From an uncultured Clostridia bacterium (GTDB lineage Bacteria > Bacillota > Clostridia > TANB77 > CAG-508): 64,000 nucleotides of DNA. Below, in pieces: positions 21,263 to 31,278 of the stretch. Numbering within the stretch: position 1 is the stretch's first letter; every line of letters starts with the position of its first letter. The DNA lies in the NCBI GenBank assembly GCA_944386675.1, contig CALXBY010000007.1, positions 897 to 64,896 of the forward strand, written 5' to 3'. The translations under genes were made by a program, and so were the position numbers. A model generated the notes under the pieces. That model searched no databases. It worked only from the letters and a program-made list of their open reading frames with translations, and had not been told where the DNA came from.

Positions 21263-21565
21263 TTATTCAACACCTTCCTCTCTCATTTCAATTGCACCGA
21301 AAGGGCATACTTTAGCACAAACGCCGCAACCTTTACAGTAATCATAATTGAAATCTTTTCTTTTTAAATCTTCTTTTCCCACTGGAATAGCATCTTCAGG
21401 ACAAACAGGGAAGCATAATCCACATTGTTTACATTTATCTGATAAAAATACAGGATAAGAACTTCTCCAATCGCCTGTTTTAAAATCTCTTGCGTTTCCA
21501 GAAGTATAAATATCACCACCAGGAGTTAATTTCTCCATAGGTGTGTTTGCATTTATATCTGTCAT
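21263..21565 (-). CDS. porD: Pyruvate:ferredoxin oxidoreductase delta (ferredoxin) subunit
   Basis: KTGDWR, CKQCGLC...CP and DYCKGCGVCAKVCP. Confidence 0.9.
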   Translation of the reverse strand: MTDINANTPMEKLTPGGDIYTSGNARDFKTGDWRSSYPVFLSDKCKQCGLCFPVCPEDAIPVGKEDLKRKDFNYDYCKGCGVCAKVCPFGAIEMREEGVE

Positions 21566-21607
21566 TTTTAACCTCATTCCTTTCTTAAAATTCAGTATAT
21601 AAGTTCT

Positions 21608-22189
21608 TTATTGAATTTTCTTAACTTCTTTTAAAGCCATTTCCAATGCTTTCATATTTCCATCTATTACTTCAGGTTTTTTAGCAAATTTATGTTTAAA
21701 AGAACCTTTCATATCTTCTAATAATTCATCATCTGTCATAATTTTACTTACTTTTACAATCGCGGCAAGCATTGGCGTATTTGGAAAATATCTTCCTAAA
21801 GCTTCCTCTGAAATTTTTCTAGCATCAATTGTATAAATTTCTCCAGAATATCCTTTTAATGCTTTTTTTAGATATTCAGCAGACTTTGTTGTGTTAATAA
21901 CAATTGCTCCTGTTGTCTTTAGACCAGAAGTAACGTCAACTGATTCTAAAAGTGTGTCATCTACAACTACCACATAGTCTGGTTCATAAATATTACTATG
22001 AATTGTGATAGGTGTTTTACTAATTCTGTTATAAGCAGTGATAGGGGCACCCATTCTTTCAGGTCCATATTCAGGAAATCCTTGAATATATTTACCAGTA
22101 TTGAATGCCGCATCAGCTAGTAATAAAGATGCTGTTTTGGCACCTTGACCACCTCTACCATGCCATCTAATTTCTATCATGTTATCCAT
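21608..22189 (-). CDS. porC: Pyruvate:ferredoxin oxidoreductase gamma subunit
   Basis: EIRWHGRGGQGA and FPEYGPERMGAP motifs. Confidence 0.9.
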   Translation of the reverse strand: MDNMIEIRWHGRGGQGAKTASLLLADAAFNTGKYIQGFPEYGPERMGAPITAYNRISKTPITIHSNIYEPDYVVVVDDTLLESVDVTSGLKTTGAIVINTTKSAEYLKKALKGYSGEIYTIDARKISEEALGRYFPNTPMLAAIVKVSKIMTDDELLEDMKGSFKHKFAKKPEVIDGNMKALEMALKEVKKIQ

Positions 22190-22404
22190 TCTCAAATTGC
22201 CTCCTTTTATTAAAATTTTACGACTTTAGTATATGACTAAATCCTCTTAATGTCAATAGATTTGACTAAAAGGACAACTGAAAATCTATATTCCACATAA
22301 AGTAGCAAATTTGAAAATTTTACTCGTATTACTTGTATAATAAAAATAATTATGATATAAATATAGTATAAAAATAAAGCTAATGATAGAAAGGCGGAAT
22401 TTTT

Positions 22405-23142
22405 GTGGAAGAAGAAATGAATCAAGACCAAAAAACAATTTTAATTGTTGATGATGAACAACCAATAAGAGAGATATTGGTATACAATTTAAAAAAGGAA
22501 GGATACAACACAATAGAAGCAAGTGATGGAATAACAGCACTAAATATTGCTTTAGAAAAATATCCTGATTTAATCCTTTTAGATATTATGCTTCCAAAAA
22601 TGGATGGTTTATCAGTATGTAAACGAATCAAAAATTCATATAATGTACCAATTTTGATGTTAACAGCAAAAGATAGTGAGATTGACAAAATATTAGGATT
22701 AGAATTGGGAGCAGATGACTATATTACAAAACCATTTAGTGTTAGAGAATTAATTGCTAGAGTAAAAGCAAATTTAAGAAAAGTAGAAAATCTTTCTATG
22801 CCAAAAATAGATAATAATGATTATAATAAAAAGAAAGAAAATAAAATTGTAGTAAATGATTTAGAATTAGATTTAGATAAATTTGAAGTAAAAATAAGAG
22901 GAGAAATTATTGACTTAACAGTAAGAGAATTTGAGGTAATTAAATTTTTAGCATCTCAACCAGGACAAGTAGTAACAAGAGAAACATTACTAGAAAAAGT
23001 ATGGGGATATGAGTATTATGGAGATATTAGAACAGTAGATGTAACAGTAAGAAGAATTAGAGAAAAAATCGAAAAAGATACCTCATCACCAAAAATATTA
23101 ATAACCAAAAGAGGAGTCGGATATTATATAGCTTCTAAATAA
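22405..23142 (+). CDS. OmpR-family response regulator (WalR-like)
   Basis: IVDDE, LLDIMLP, GLELGADDYITKPFS and RTVDVTVRRIREKIE...TKRGVGY. Confidence 0.9.
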   Translation: MEEEMNQDQKTILIVDDEQPIREILVYNLKKEGYNTIEASDGITALNIALEKYPDLILLDIMLPKMDGLSVCKRIKNSYNVPILMLTAKDSEIDKILGLELGADDYITKPFSVRELIARVKANLRKVENLSMPKIDNNDYNKKKENKIVVNDLELDLDKFEVKIRGEIIDLTVREFEVIKFLASQPGQVVTRETLLEKVWGYEYYGDIRTVDVTVRRIREKIEKDTSSPKILITKRGVGYYIASK

Positions 23143-23149
23143 GAAAATT

Positions 23150-23186
23150 CAAGGAAAACTTGGGAATATCCATGTTTTCCTTTTTT
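23150..23186 (+). terminator. Intrinsic terminator
   Basis: AAGGAAAAC..GG...CC..GTTTTCCTT stem followed by a T tract. Confidence 0.6.
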
Positions 23187-23197
23187 ATAGTTACTAA

Positions 23198-23325
23198 GTT
23201 GCCAAAGGGGACGGGCCATTTTGGCAACTAAAAAAATAAATATAAAAAATATAATATATAAGTTTGATAAAATATAATTTAATATATATATAAGGTTGCC
23301 AAAATGACCCGTCCCCTTTGGCAAC
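23198..23325. repeat. REPIN-like inverted doublet of the 31-bp REP
   Basis: GTTGCCAAAGGGGACGGGCCATTTTGGCAAC (23198-23228) and an inverted copy (23295-23325) with a 66-bp AT-rich spacer. Confidence 0.9.
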
Positions 23326-23354
23326 TGCTAAAAAAGAAAAAGGATGGAATAAAG

Positions 23355-24410
23355 ATGAATAGAACAAATACAAGAAAAGTTATGGTAGGAAATGTACAAA
23401 TCGGTGGACAAAATAAGGTTGTTATACAATCTATGTGTAATACAAAAACAAAAGATGTTAAGAAAACTGTGAAGCAAATTTTAGATTTAGAAAAAGCAGG
23501 ATGTGAAATTATTCGAGTAGCAGCATTAGATATGGAAGATGCAAGAGCAATAGAAGAAATAAAAAAACAAATTCATATTCCTATTGTTGCAGATATTCAC
23601 TTTGATTATAAAATTGCATTAGAAGCAATTAAAGCTGGAGTAGATAAAGTAAGAATTAATCCAGGAAATATTGGAAGCGAGGAAAAAGTAAAAGCAGTTG
23701 TAGATAAATGTAAAGAAAAACATATTCCGATAAGAATAGGCGTTAATGCAGGTTCTTTAGAAAAAGATTTATTAAAGCAATATGGAAAACCAACAGCAAA
23801 GGCAATGGTAGAAAGTGCAAGAAGACATGTAGAAATATTAGAGAACTTAGATTTTAAAGATTATTTAATTTCTTTAAAAGCATCGAATTTAGATTTATGT
23901 ATTGAAAGTTATGAAGAAGCTTCTAAAGCATTTGATTGTCCTTTACACCTAGGAATTACAGAAAGTGGAACAGAATTTAGTGGAACAATAAAATCAAGTA
24001 TTGGTCTAGGGTATATGTTACGAAATGGAATAGGAGATACAATGCGTGTTTCTCTTTCTGATGATCCTGTAAAAGAAATAAAAGTTGCAAAAGAAATTTT
24101 AAAAGACTGTAATCTATATCATAAAGTACCAACACTCGTAGCATGTCCTACTTGCGGAAGAACACAAATTGATTTAATTCCAATTGCAAAAGAAGTAGAG
24201 GAATTTTTAAGTACAATAGAATCAGACATTACAGTAGCTGTTATGGGATGTGCTGTAAATGGACCAGGAGAAGCAAGAGAAGCAGATATTGGTATTGCAG
24301 GTGGCATAAAAGAAGGATTATTATTTAAAAAGGGAGAAATTACAAAAAAAGTACCACAAGAAAAAATTGTAGAAGTATTGAAAGAGGAAATATTAGAAAT
24401 GATAAAATAG
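23355..24410 (+). CDS. ispG: HMBPP synthase IspG
   Basis: [38 protein letters not shown] and [11 protein letters not shown]. The ORF-track start at 23304 lies inside the REP. Confidence 0.95.
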   Translation: MNRTNTRKVMVGNVQIGGQNKVVIQSMCNTKTKDVKKTVKQILDLEKAGCEIIRVAALDMEDARAIEEIKKQIHIPIVADIHFDYKIALEAIKAGVDKVRINPGNIGSEEKVKAVVDKCKEKHIPIRIGVNAGSLEKDLLKQYGKPTAKAMVESARRHVEILENLDFKDYLISLKASNLDLCIESYEEASKAFDCPLHLGITESGTEFSGTIKSSIGLGYMLRNGIGDTMRVSLSDDPVKEIKVAKEILKDCNLYHKVPTLVACPTCGRTQIDLIPIAKEVEEFLSTIESDITVAVMGCAVNGPGEAREADIGIAGGIKEGLLFKKGEITKKVPQEKIVEVLKEEILEMIK

Positions 24411-24430
24411 GGAAAGGAATAAAAATAAAT

Positions 24431-25285
24431 ATGGATTTAATAATAGGGAAAACTGCGGGATTTTGCTATGGAGTAAAAAGGGCAGTTGATGGCGCAAAAG
24501 AGGAATTAGAAAAAGAAAAAACAATATTCGGATTAGGAGAAATTGTACATAATCAAGATGTTGTAAAAAAATTAGAAGAAAAAGGAATGCATTTTATAGA
24601 AGACATAAAAGAAGCAAATGGAGAAGTAATTATACGTGCACATGGTATTCCTAAAGAAATTTATAAACAAGCAAAAGAAGAACAAATTAAATTAATTGAT
24701 TATACTTGCCCAAAAGTTTTAAAAATACATGAAATAGCAGAAGAATACGCAAGTAAAGGGTATTATATATTTTTATTAGGCAGTAAAAAACATCCAGAAA
24801 ATATTGGGACATATAGTTATTGTGGAAAAAATAAATGCATGATAGAAAAAGAAGATGATACCTTTAAAGCATTAGAAATGTTGGAAAAATCAAATATAAA
24901 AAAATTGTTAGTGATTTCTCAGACAACTTTTAGTTTAGAAAAATTCTATATTATAGAAGAAATCATAAAAAATGAATTACCTAGAGATGTTGAACTAGTA
25001 ATAAAAAATACCATTTGTCAGGCAACAGAAATTAGACAAAAAGAAACCAAAGAGATAGCAAATAAAGTAGATGCTATGATAATTATTGGTGGAAAGAATA
25101 GTTCAAACACTAAAAAATTGTATGATATAGCAAAACAAAATTGTAACATTGCAATTGCAATAGAAAATGTGAAAGACTTGAATTTACAGGAGTTAAAAAA
25201 TACTAAAAAAGTAGGGATTATGGCAGGAGCGTCAACACCTAAAGAAAGTATAGATAAAGTAATAGAAAAATTAAAGGAAGTATAA
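24431..25285 (+). CDS. ispH: HMBPP reductase IspH
   Basis: AGFCYGVKRA, IVHN, RAHG, TCP, TICQAT, SSNT and AGASTP motifs. Confidence 0.95.
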   Translation: MDLIIGKTAGFCYGVKRAVDGAKEELEKEKTIFGLGEIVHNQDVVKKLEEKGMHFIEDIKEANGEVIIRAHGIPKEIYKQAKEEQIKLIDYTCPKVLKIHEIAEEYASKGYYIFLLGSKKHPENIGTYSYCGKNKCMIEKEDDTFKALEMLEKSNIKKLLVISQTTFSLEKFYIIEEIIKNELPRDVELVIKNTICQATEIRQKETKEIANKVDAMIIIGGKNSSNTKKLYDIAKQNCNIAIAIENVKDLNLQELKNTKKVGIMAGASTPKESIDKVIEKLKEV

Positions 25286-25315
25286 AATAGAAGAAATCAT
25301 AAAAGAGGAGTACAT

Positions 25316-26647
25316 ATGAGGATAACAATTGTAGGAACAGGATATGTAGGATTAACAACAGGTGTATGTTTGGCAAATAAAGGACATGAAATTACATGTG
25401 TGGATATTGATGAAAAAAAGATAGAAAAATTAAATCAAGGAAAAGAAGTTATATATGAACCTGGAATGAAAGAGCTTTTAGAAGAAGCCATAAAAAACAA
25501 TAAAATTACATTTACCACAAACTATAAAGAAGCATATAGTAAATCTAAAGTCATAATGGTATGTGTACCAACACCAGAAAATGAGGATGGTAGTGCCAAT
25601 TTAACATATTTAGATACAGCAATCAAACAAATCATGGAAAATATAACACAAGATTGCTATATCATTGTGAAATCAACAGTACCAGTTGGAACATGTGAGA
25701 AAATTTCTGAAAAAGTAAAGATGAGTCAATTTGAAATACAAGTTATGTTCAACCCAGAATTTTTATCACAAGGAGAAGCAATCAATAATTTCATGAATCC
25801 ACAAAGAATTGTTGTAGGTGTGGAAACAATGAAAGCAAAACAAATCATGGAAGAAATCTATCAAGGGTTTGATTGTAAAAAATTATTTATGGATATAAAA
25901 TCTGCAGAAATTTCTAAATATGCATGTAATAATTTTTTAGCATTAAAATTAACCTATATTAATGAAATGGCAAATTTATGTGAAAAGTTAAATATTAATA
26001 TAGAAAATGTATTAAAAGTAATGAAAACAGATAAAAGAATTGGAAGTACATATCTGGAACCAGGAATAGGATATGGAGGTTCGTGCTTACCAAAAGACAC
26101 AAAGGCTTTAGTGAACCTGGCAAAGGAAAATAAAGTAAAATTGAATACAATAGAAGCAACCATTGCTTCTAATAAAGAACAAAGAAAAAAGCTAATAGAA
26201 AAACTAGATAAATGTTATGAAAATAAGAAAGATTTAAATGTTGCTGTATTAGGCTTAAGTTTTAAAGAAAATACAAATGATTTAAGAGAATCACAAGCAA
26301 TAGAAACGATTAAAGAATTAAAGGGAAGTGTCAATAAAATAATTGCTTATGATAATAAAGAAACAATTTTAAATGCTTGTAGAAATCTATTTAAAGAAGA
26401 GCAAAGTATTCATTTCTCAAATGATATAAAGGTAGCATTAAAAGATGCAGATGTATGTATGATTTTTAATAAGGAAAAAGAAATTCTAGAGCTTTCACCT
26501 GATAATTTTGTAGATATGATGAAAGAACCAATTATTCTAGATGGAAAAAATTGCTTTGATATTTCAGAGATGAATAAAGATAATATAAAATATGATTCAA
26601 TAGGAAGAAATGTTGATGGAATGAACGAAAAATGGAGAATAATATAA
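25316..26647 (+). CDS. ugd: UDP-glucose/GDP-mannose dehydrogenase family protein
   Basis: GTGYVG, KSTVPVGT, NPEFL, GYGGSCLPKD and FKENTNDLRES motifs. Confidence 0.88.
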   Translation: MRITIVGTGYVGLTTGVCLANKGHEITCVDIDEKKIEKLNQGKEVIYEPGMKELLEEAIKNNKITFTTNYKEAYSKSKVIMVCVPTPENEDGSANLTYLDTAIKQIMENITQDCYIIVKSTVPVGTCEKISEKVKMSQFEIQVMFNPEFLSQGEAINNFMNPQRIVVGVETMKAKQIMEEIYQGFDCKKLFMDIKSAEISKYACNNFLALKLTYINEMANLCEKLNINIENVLKVMKTDKRIGSTYLEPGIGYGGSCLPKDTKALVNLAKENKVKLNTIEATIASNKEQRKKLIEKLDKCYENKKDLNVAVLGLSFKENTNDLRESQAIETIKELKGSVNKIIAYDNKETILNACRNLFKEEQSIHFSNDIKVALKDADVCMIFNKEKEILELSPDNFVDMMKEPIILDGKNCFDISEMNKDNIKYDSIGRNVDGMNEKWRII

Positions 26648-27790
26648 ATGAAGAATATTTTAATGATTATCACAAAACTATCAAATGGAGGAGCAGAAAG
26701 AGCAATTAATTTATTAAGTAAAAATTTGTCTGATAAGTACGATGTAAAAATAGTAACATTTGATAATAGTAGCCAGGAATATATGCCATATGTAGAAGTA
26801 ATTGATTTAAAGACAAAAATAACAAAGAATCCATTAAAGAAAATCTTACATTTCTTTACTAGAATATATAAAGTAAGAAAAATAAAAAAACAATATAAAA
26901 TCGATTGTACGATAAGTTTTTTGCCAGGACCTAATATCGTAAATGTTTTAAGCAAAATACATGATAGAACAATTATATCTGTAAGAAATACACAATCAAA
27001 ATTGAAGAAAAATATATTTAGAAATCTAGTTAATCAAATTTCTTTTAATAAAGCAGATAAAATTGTTACAGTATGTGATTACGTAAAAGAAGATATATTA
27101 AACACATATACTATAAAAAAAGACAAGATAGTTACTATATATAATACATATAATGAAGAAGAAATAGAAAAGAAAAAAGCAGAAAAAATAGACAAAACAG
27201 AACAACAATATTTTTCTAAAAATAAAACAGTAATTACAGTAGGAAGATTAATAAAACAAAAAGGACAATGGCATTTAATAAGAGCTTTTAAAGAAGTTGT
27301 AAAGGAATTACCAGATGCTAAATTAATCATATTAGGAAGAGGAGAATTACAAGAATATTTAGAAAAGATTATAAAAATAAATCAATTGGATAAAAATGTA
27401 TATTTATGTGGTTTTAAGGAAAATCCATATAAATATATGCAACATTCTGATATATTTGTTTTACCATCACTATATGAAGGAATGCCAAATGTAATATTAG
27501 AAGCAATGTCTTGTAATCTTCCAATTATTGCTACGAATTGTGAAGGTGGAAATAAAGAAGTATTAGGAGAAAATCAATATGGTATATTAATAAACAAATT
27601 AGATGGAAAACTTTATCTAGATGAACCATTAACAAATGCAGAAGAAGAAATGAAAAATGCCATAATAAATATATTAACCAAAAAGCAACAAAGAGAAAAA
27701 TATATAGAAAAAAGTAAAGAAAGAATAGAGTATTTTAAAAAAGAAAATAACATAAGAAAATGGATTGATATTTTGGAAAAAAAGATATAA
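26648..27790 (+). CDS. GT4 glycosyltransferase
   Basis: GGAER, VGRLIKQKG and PSLYEGMPNVILEAM. Confidence 0.88.
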   Translation: MKNILMIITKLSNGGAERAINLLSKNLSDKYDVKIVTFDNSSQEYMPYVEVIDLKTKITKNPLKKILHFFTRIYKVRKIKKQYKIDCTISFLPGPNIVNVLSKIHDRTIISVRNTQSKLKKNIFRNLVNQISFNKADKIVTVCDYVKEDILNTYTIKKDKIVTIYNTYNEEEIEKKKAEKIDKTEQQYFSKNKTVITVGRLIKQKGQWHLIRAFKEVVKELPDAKLIILGRGELQEYLEKIIKINQLDKNVYLCGFKENPYKYMQHSDIFVLPSLYEGMPNVILEAMSCNLPIIATNCEGGNKEVLGENQYGILINKLDGKLYLDEPLTNAEEEMKNAIINILTKKQQREKYIEKSKERIEYFKKENNIRKWIDILEKKI

Positions 27791-27971
27791 GAAAGATAAT
27801 AAATTTAAGAAATTATGAGGAGGTCCTATTTCAGGACACCTTCATCAAGAAATTTAACTATTTACCAATATGAAAGCGTGGATACAAAACGGTAAAAAGT
27901 GGAAAAAAACTCGTTTACAAACAAAAATATTATTTATAAAATATAAAAAAATAATAGGAAAGGGGAAACAA

Positions 27972-29546
27972 ATGAAAAGTAATAGGATAAAAAGGACAAA
28001 TGAAGGAATAACATTAATTGCATTAGTAATAACAATTATTGTATTGCTAATTTTAGCAGGAGTAAGTATAGCAACACTATTTGGAGATAATGGAATATTA
28101 ACAAAAGCAATAGGAGCAAAAGAAGCAACAGAAATAGGACAAGAACAAGAATTTGTGGATTTAGCAACAACAAGTGCGATGCAAAATAGCATAACAACAA
28201 GAGGAAATGCTAAGTTTACCCAAGAAGAATTAGAAAGTGAACTAGATAAATTAACAGGAGGAGATGATACAGATGTAACAACTAAAGGAAGTAATTATCT
28301 AGTTACATTTAAAGATAGTAAAAGAGAATATGAAGTAGAGATACCAAACTGGTCATCTGCAGATTTAGATTGGGATCAAATACTAGAGGAAGCTAAAGAT
28401 GATGATTCAATCCAAGGAATAGGAACAGATGGAGAACCAGTAGATATGAGTTTATGGCAATATACAGAAATAGAAGGTGGAGTAGGATTATTTGGAGGAA
28501 CAGCAGAAAGTTGTTCATGGAGTGAGAATGGATATTTAGGAGAATGTCCAGATGGAAATATCATAGGATGTGTGCCACAATATATTAGAGTAAATGGAGA
28601 ATTTAAGCCAGTAGTGAGAATGGAAAGTACATTTAAAGGAAATGTAGAATTAGTTAATCTACCAGAGATACCATCAACAGTAACAAACATAGATAGCATA
28701 TGCCATAATTGCGAGAACTTAAAAACAGCAACGGTATATTCAAATTTAGAAACGATTGGAAGTTTTGCATTTGCTAATTGTCATAATTTAGAAAATGTAG
28801 TAATAGCAAATGGTATAAAAGGTATTGATGAAAGAGCCTTTTTAGGATGTGAAAAATTATCTAATATAAGTTTACCAGACACAATAGAAGAGCTAGGAGA
28901 ACAATGCTTTGCAGATTGCACATCTTTATCTGATATATATTTACCAGAGGGGGTAAAGTCAATGTGTGAATCATTTTTTGGGTGTACTTCGTTAACTAGT
29001 ATAGAAATACCAAGCACATTGGAAAATGTTTATTCTGATGCAGGCGATAGTGCGCTAGGATGGTTCCATAGTGATAAATATATAGGGTGTTTTGAAAGTT
29101 GTTCAAATCTAAAAACACTTATTTTTAGAGAAGGTATAAAAGATTTGAATAATATAAAAGAAATATTAATTGATTCAAATATAGAAAATCTTAAGATTCC
29201 TGGAAGTGTTGAATCAATACCAGAATTATACGATTGGGGAAATTTAACTTCTCTAAAAAATATAGAACTAGGTGACGGAGTAAAAACAATAGGATGGGGA
29301 GCTTTTAGAGGTTTTGAAAATTTAGAAAATATTAATATACCAAGAAGTGTAGTAGAAATAGAAATATATGCATTTTCAAGTGAAAAATTGACAAGTATAA
29401 CAATTCCAAGTAGTGTAACATATATGGATGAAAATGTTTTTTATAACTGTACAAATTTAACAGAAATAAGAATAGAATCAGGAAGTACATTAGAAGTACC
29501 AACTAATAAGTGGGGAGCAACAAATGCAACAATAATTAAAGAATAA
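27972..29546 (+). CDS. Type IV pilin-like N-terminus plus BspA-type (LRR_5) leucine-rich repeat surface protein, copy 1
   Basis: MKSNRIKRTNEG|ITLIALVITIIVLLILAGVSI class III signal peptide; repeated I..AF..C..L..I.LP units; start after AAGGGG SD. Confidence 0.8.
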   Translation: MKSNRIKRTNEGITLIALVITIIVLLILAGVSIATLFGDNGILTKAIGAKEATEIGQEQEFVDLATTSAMQNSITTRGNAKFTQEELESELDKLTGGDDTDVTTKGSNYLVTFKDSKREYEVEIPNWSSADLDWDQILEEAKDDDSIQGIGTDGEPVDMSLWQYTEIEGGVGLFGGTAESCSWSENGYLGECPDGNIIGCVPQYIRVNGEFKPVVRMESTFKGNVELVNLPEIPSTVTNIDSICHNCENLKTATVYSNLETIGSFAFANCHNLENVVIANGIKGIDERAFLGCEKLSNISLPDTIEELGEQCFADCTSLSDIYLPEGVKSMCESFFGCTSLTSIEIPSTLENVYSDAGDSALGWFHSDKYIGCFESCSNLKTLIFREGIKDLNNIKEILIDSNIENLKIPGSVESIPELYDWGNLTSLKNIELGDGVKTIGWGAFRGFENLENINIPRSVVEIEIYAFSSEKLTSITIPSSVTYMDENVFYNCTNLTEIRIESGSTLEVPTNKWGATNATIIKE

Positions 29547-29702
29547 GTAATAAATAAAAAAACACCTTTTGATGTTTTTTTATTTACTAAAGAATGAAAA
29601 AATGTAACGTGGATATAAAACGGCAAAAAGTGGAAAAAAACTCGTTTACGAACAAAAATATTATTTATAAAATATAAAAAAATAATAGGAAAGGGGAAAC
29701 AA

Positions 29703-31178
29703 ATGAAAAGTAATAGGATAAAAAGGACAAATGAAGGAATAACATTAATTGCATTAGTAATAACAATTATTGTATTGCTAATTTTAGCAGGAGTAAGTAT
29801 AGCAACACTATTTGGAGATAATGGAATATTAACAAAAGCAACAGGAGCAAAAGAAGCAACAGAAATAGGACAAGAGCAAGAATTTGTGGATTTAGCAACA
29901 ACAAGTGCGATGCAAAATAGCATAACAACAAGAGGAAATGCTAAGTTTACTCAAGAAGAATTAGAAAATGAACTAGATAAATTAACAGGAGGAGATGATA
30001 CAGATGTAACAACTAAAGGAAGTAATTATCTAGTTAAATTTAAAGATAGTAAAAGAGAATATGAAGTAGAAATACCAAACTGGACATCAGCAGATTTAGA
30101 TTGGGAGCAAATACTAGAAGATGCTAAAGATGATCCATCAATAGAAGGAATAGGAACAGATGGAGAGCCAGTAGATATGAGTTTATGGCAATATACAGAA
30201 ATAGAAGGCGGAGTAGGATTATTTGCAGGAGAATCGAGGGCGGGATGTGCATATAGTGAAAATGGATACATAGGAGAATGTCCAGACGGAAATATCATAG
30301 GATATGTGCCACAATATATTAGAGTAAATGGAGAATTTAAGCCAGTAGTGAGCATGGTAAGTACATTTAAAGGAAATGCAGAATTAGTTAATTTGCCGGA
30401 GATACCATCAACAGTAACAAACATAGATAGTATATGCCATAACTGTGAGAATTTAAAAACAGCAACAATATATGAAACTACTGAAACAATAGGGATTTCT
30501 GCATTTGCAGAGTGTCCAAATTTAGAAAATATAACTATAGCGAAAGGTATAAAAAGTATTGATGAAAGAGCTTTTTTAGGGTGTGAAAAATTATCTAATA
30601 TAAATTTACCAGACACAATAGAAGAACTAGGGGAACAATGCTTTGCGTATTGTACATCCTTAACAGATATATATTTGCCAGAAGGAATCAAATCAATGTG
30701 TGAATCATTTTTAGGGTGTACATCTTTAACTAGTATAGAAATACCAAGTACATTGGAAAGAGTATGGTCTGATAGAGGAAGGTATGAATATGCTATAGGA
30801 GTATTTGAAGATTGTACAAATTTGAAAACAATCATTTATAGGGAAGGAACTAAAGAATTAATAAACTTAACAGAAAATTGCGACAATGTTGAAACTATAA
30901 AAATTCCTGGAACTGTTGAAGAGATACCATTTATGTTTGCACCTGTTACACTAAAAAACATAGAAATAGGGGAAGGGGTAAAGAAAATTGAAAGATCAGC
31001 TTTTAGAGAGTGTATGAATTTAATTAATGTGAAATTACCGAGCAGTATAATTTACATAGATGACTATGCATTTTCAGGATGTACTAATTTAACAGAAATA
31101 AGAATAGAATCAGGAAGTACATTAGAAGTACCAACTAATAAGTGGGGAGCAACAAATGCAACAATAATTAAAGAATAA
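29703..31178 (+). CDS. Type IV pilin-like N-terminus plus BspA-type LRR protein, copy 2
   Basis: Near-identical upstream region, N-terminal half and last ~30 aa to copy 1, with divergent distal LRRs. Confidence 0.8.
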   Translation: MKSNRIKRTNEGITLIALVITIIVLLILAGVSIATLFGDNGILTKATGAKEATEIGQEQEFVDLATTSAMQNSITTRGNAKFTQEELENELDKLTGGDDTDVTTKGSNYLVKFKDSKREYEVEIPNWTSADLDWEQILEDAKDDPSIEGIGTDGEPVDMSLWQYTEIEGGVGLFAGESRAGCAYSENGYIGECPDGNIIGYVPQYIRVNGEFKPVVSMVSTFKGNAELVNLPEIPSTVTNIDSICHNCENLKTATIYETTETIGISAFAECPNLENITIAKGIKSIDERAFLGCEKLSNINLPDTIEELGEQCFAYCTSLTDIYLPEGIKSMCESFLGCTSLTSIEIPSTLERVWSDRGRYEYAIGVFEDCTNLKTIIYREGTKELINLTENCDNVETIKIPGTVEEIPFMFAPVTLKNIEIGEGVKKIERSAFRECMNLINVKLPSSIIYIDDYAFSGCTNLTEIRIESGSTLEVPTNKWGATNATIIKE

Positions 31179-31278
31179 GTAATATATAAAAAAACACCTT
31201 TTGGTGTTTTTTTCTTAGAGTAATTATGATAGAATAAAGAAAATAAAGAATAAGAAAAATATAAAATCGGAGAAATAT

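Noticed and set aside
23304-23354. ORF-track N-terminal extensions of ispG (also ftsA 56063, pilin 27870, rsmA 47080, DUF881 54808)
   Set aside because: They run through REP or promoter DNA, and downstream starts have proper SD spacing.
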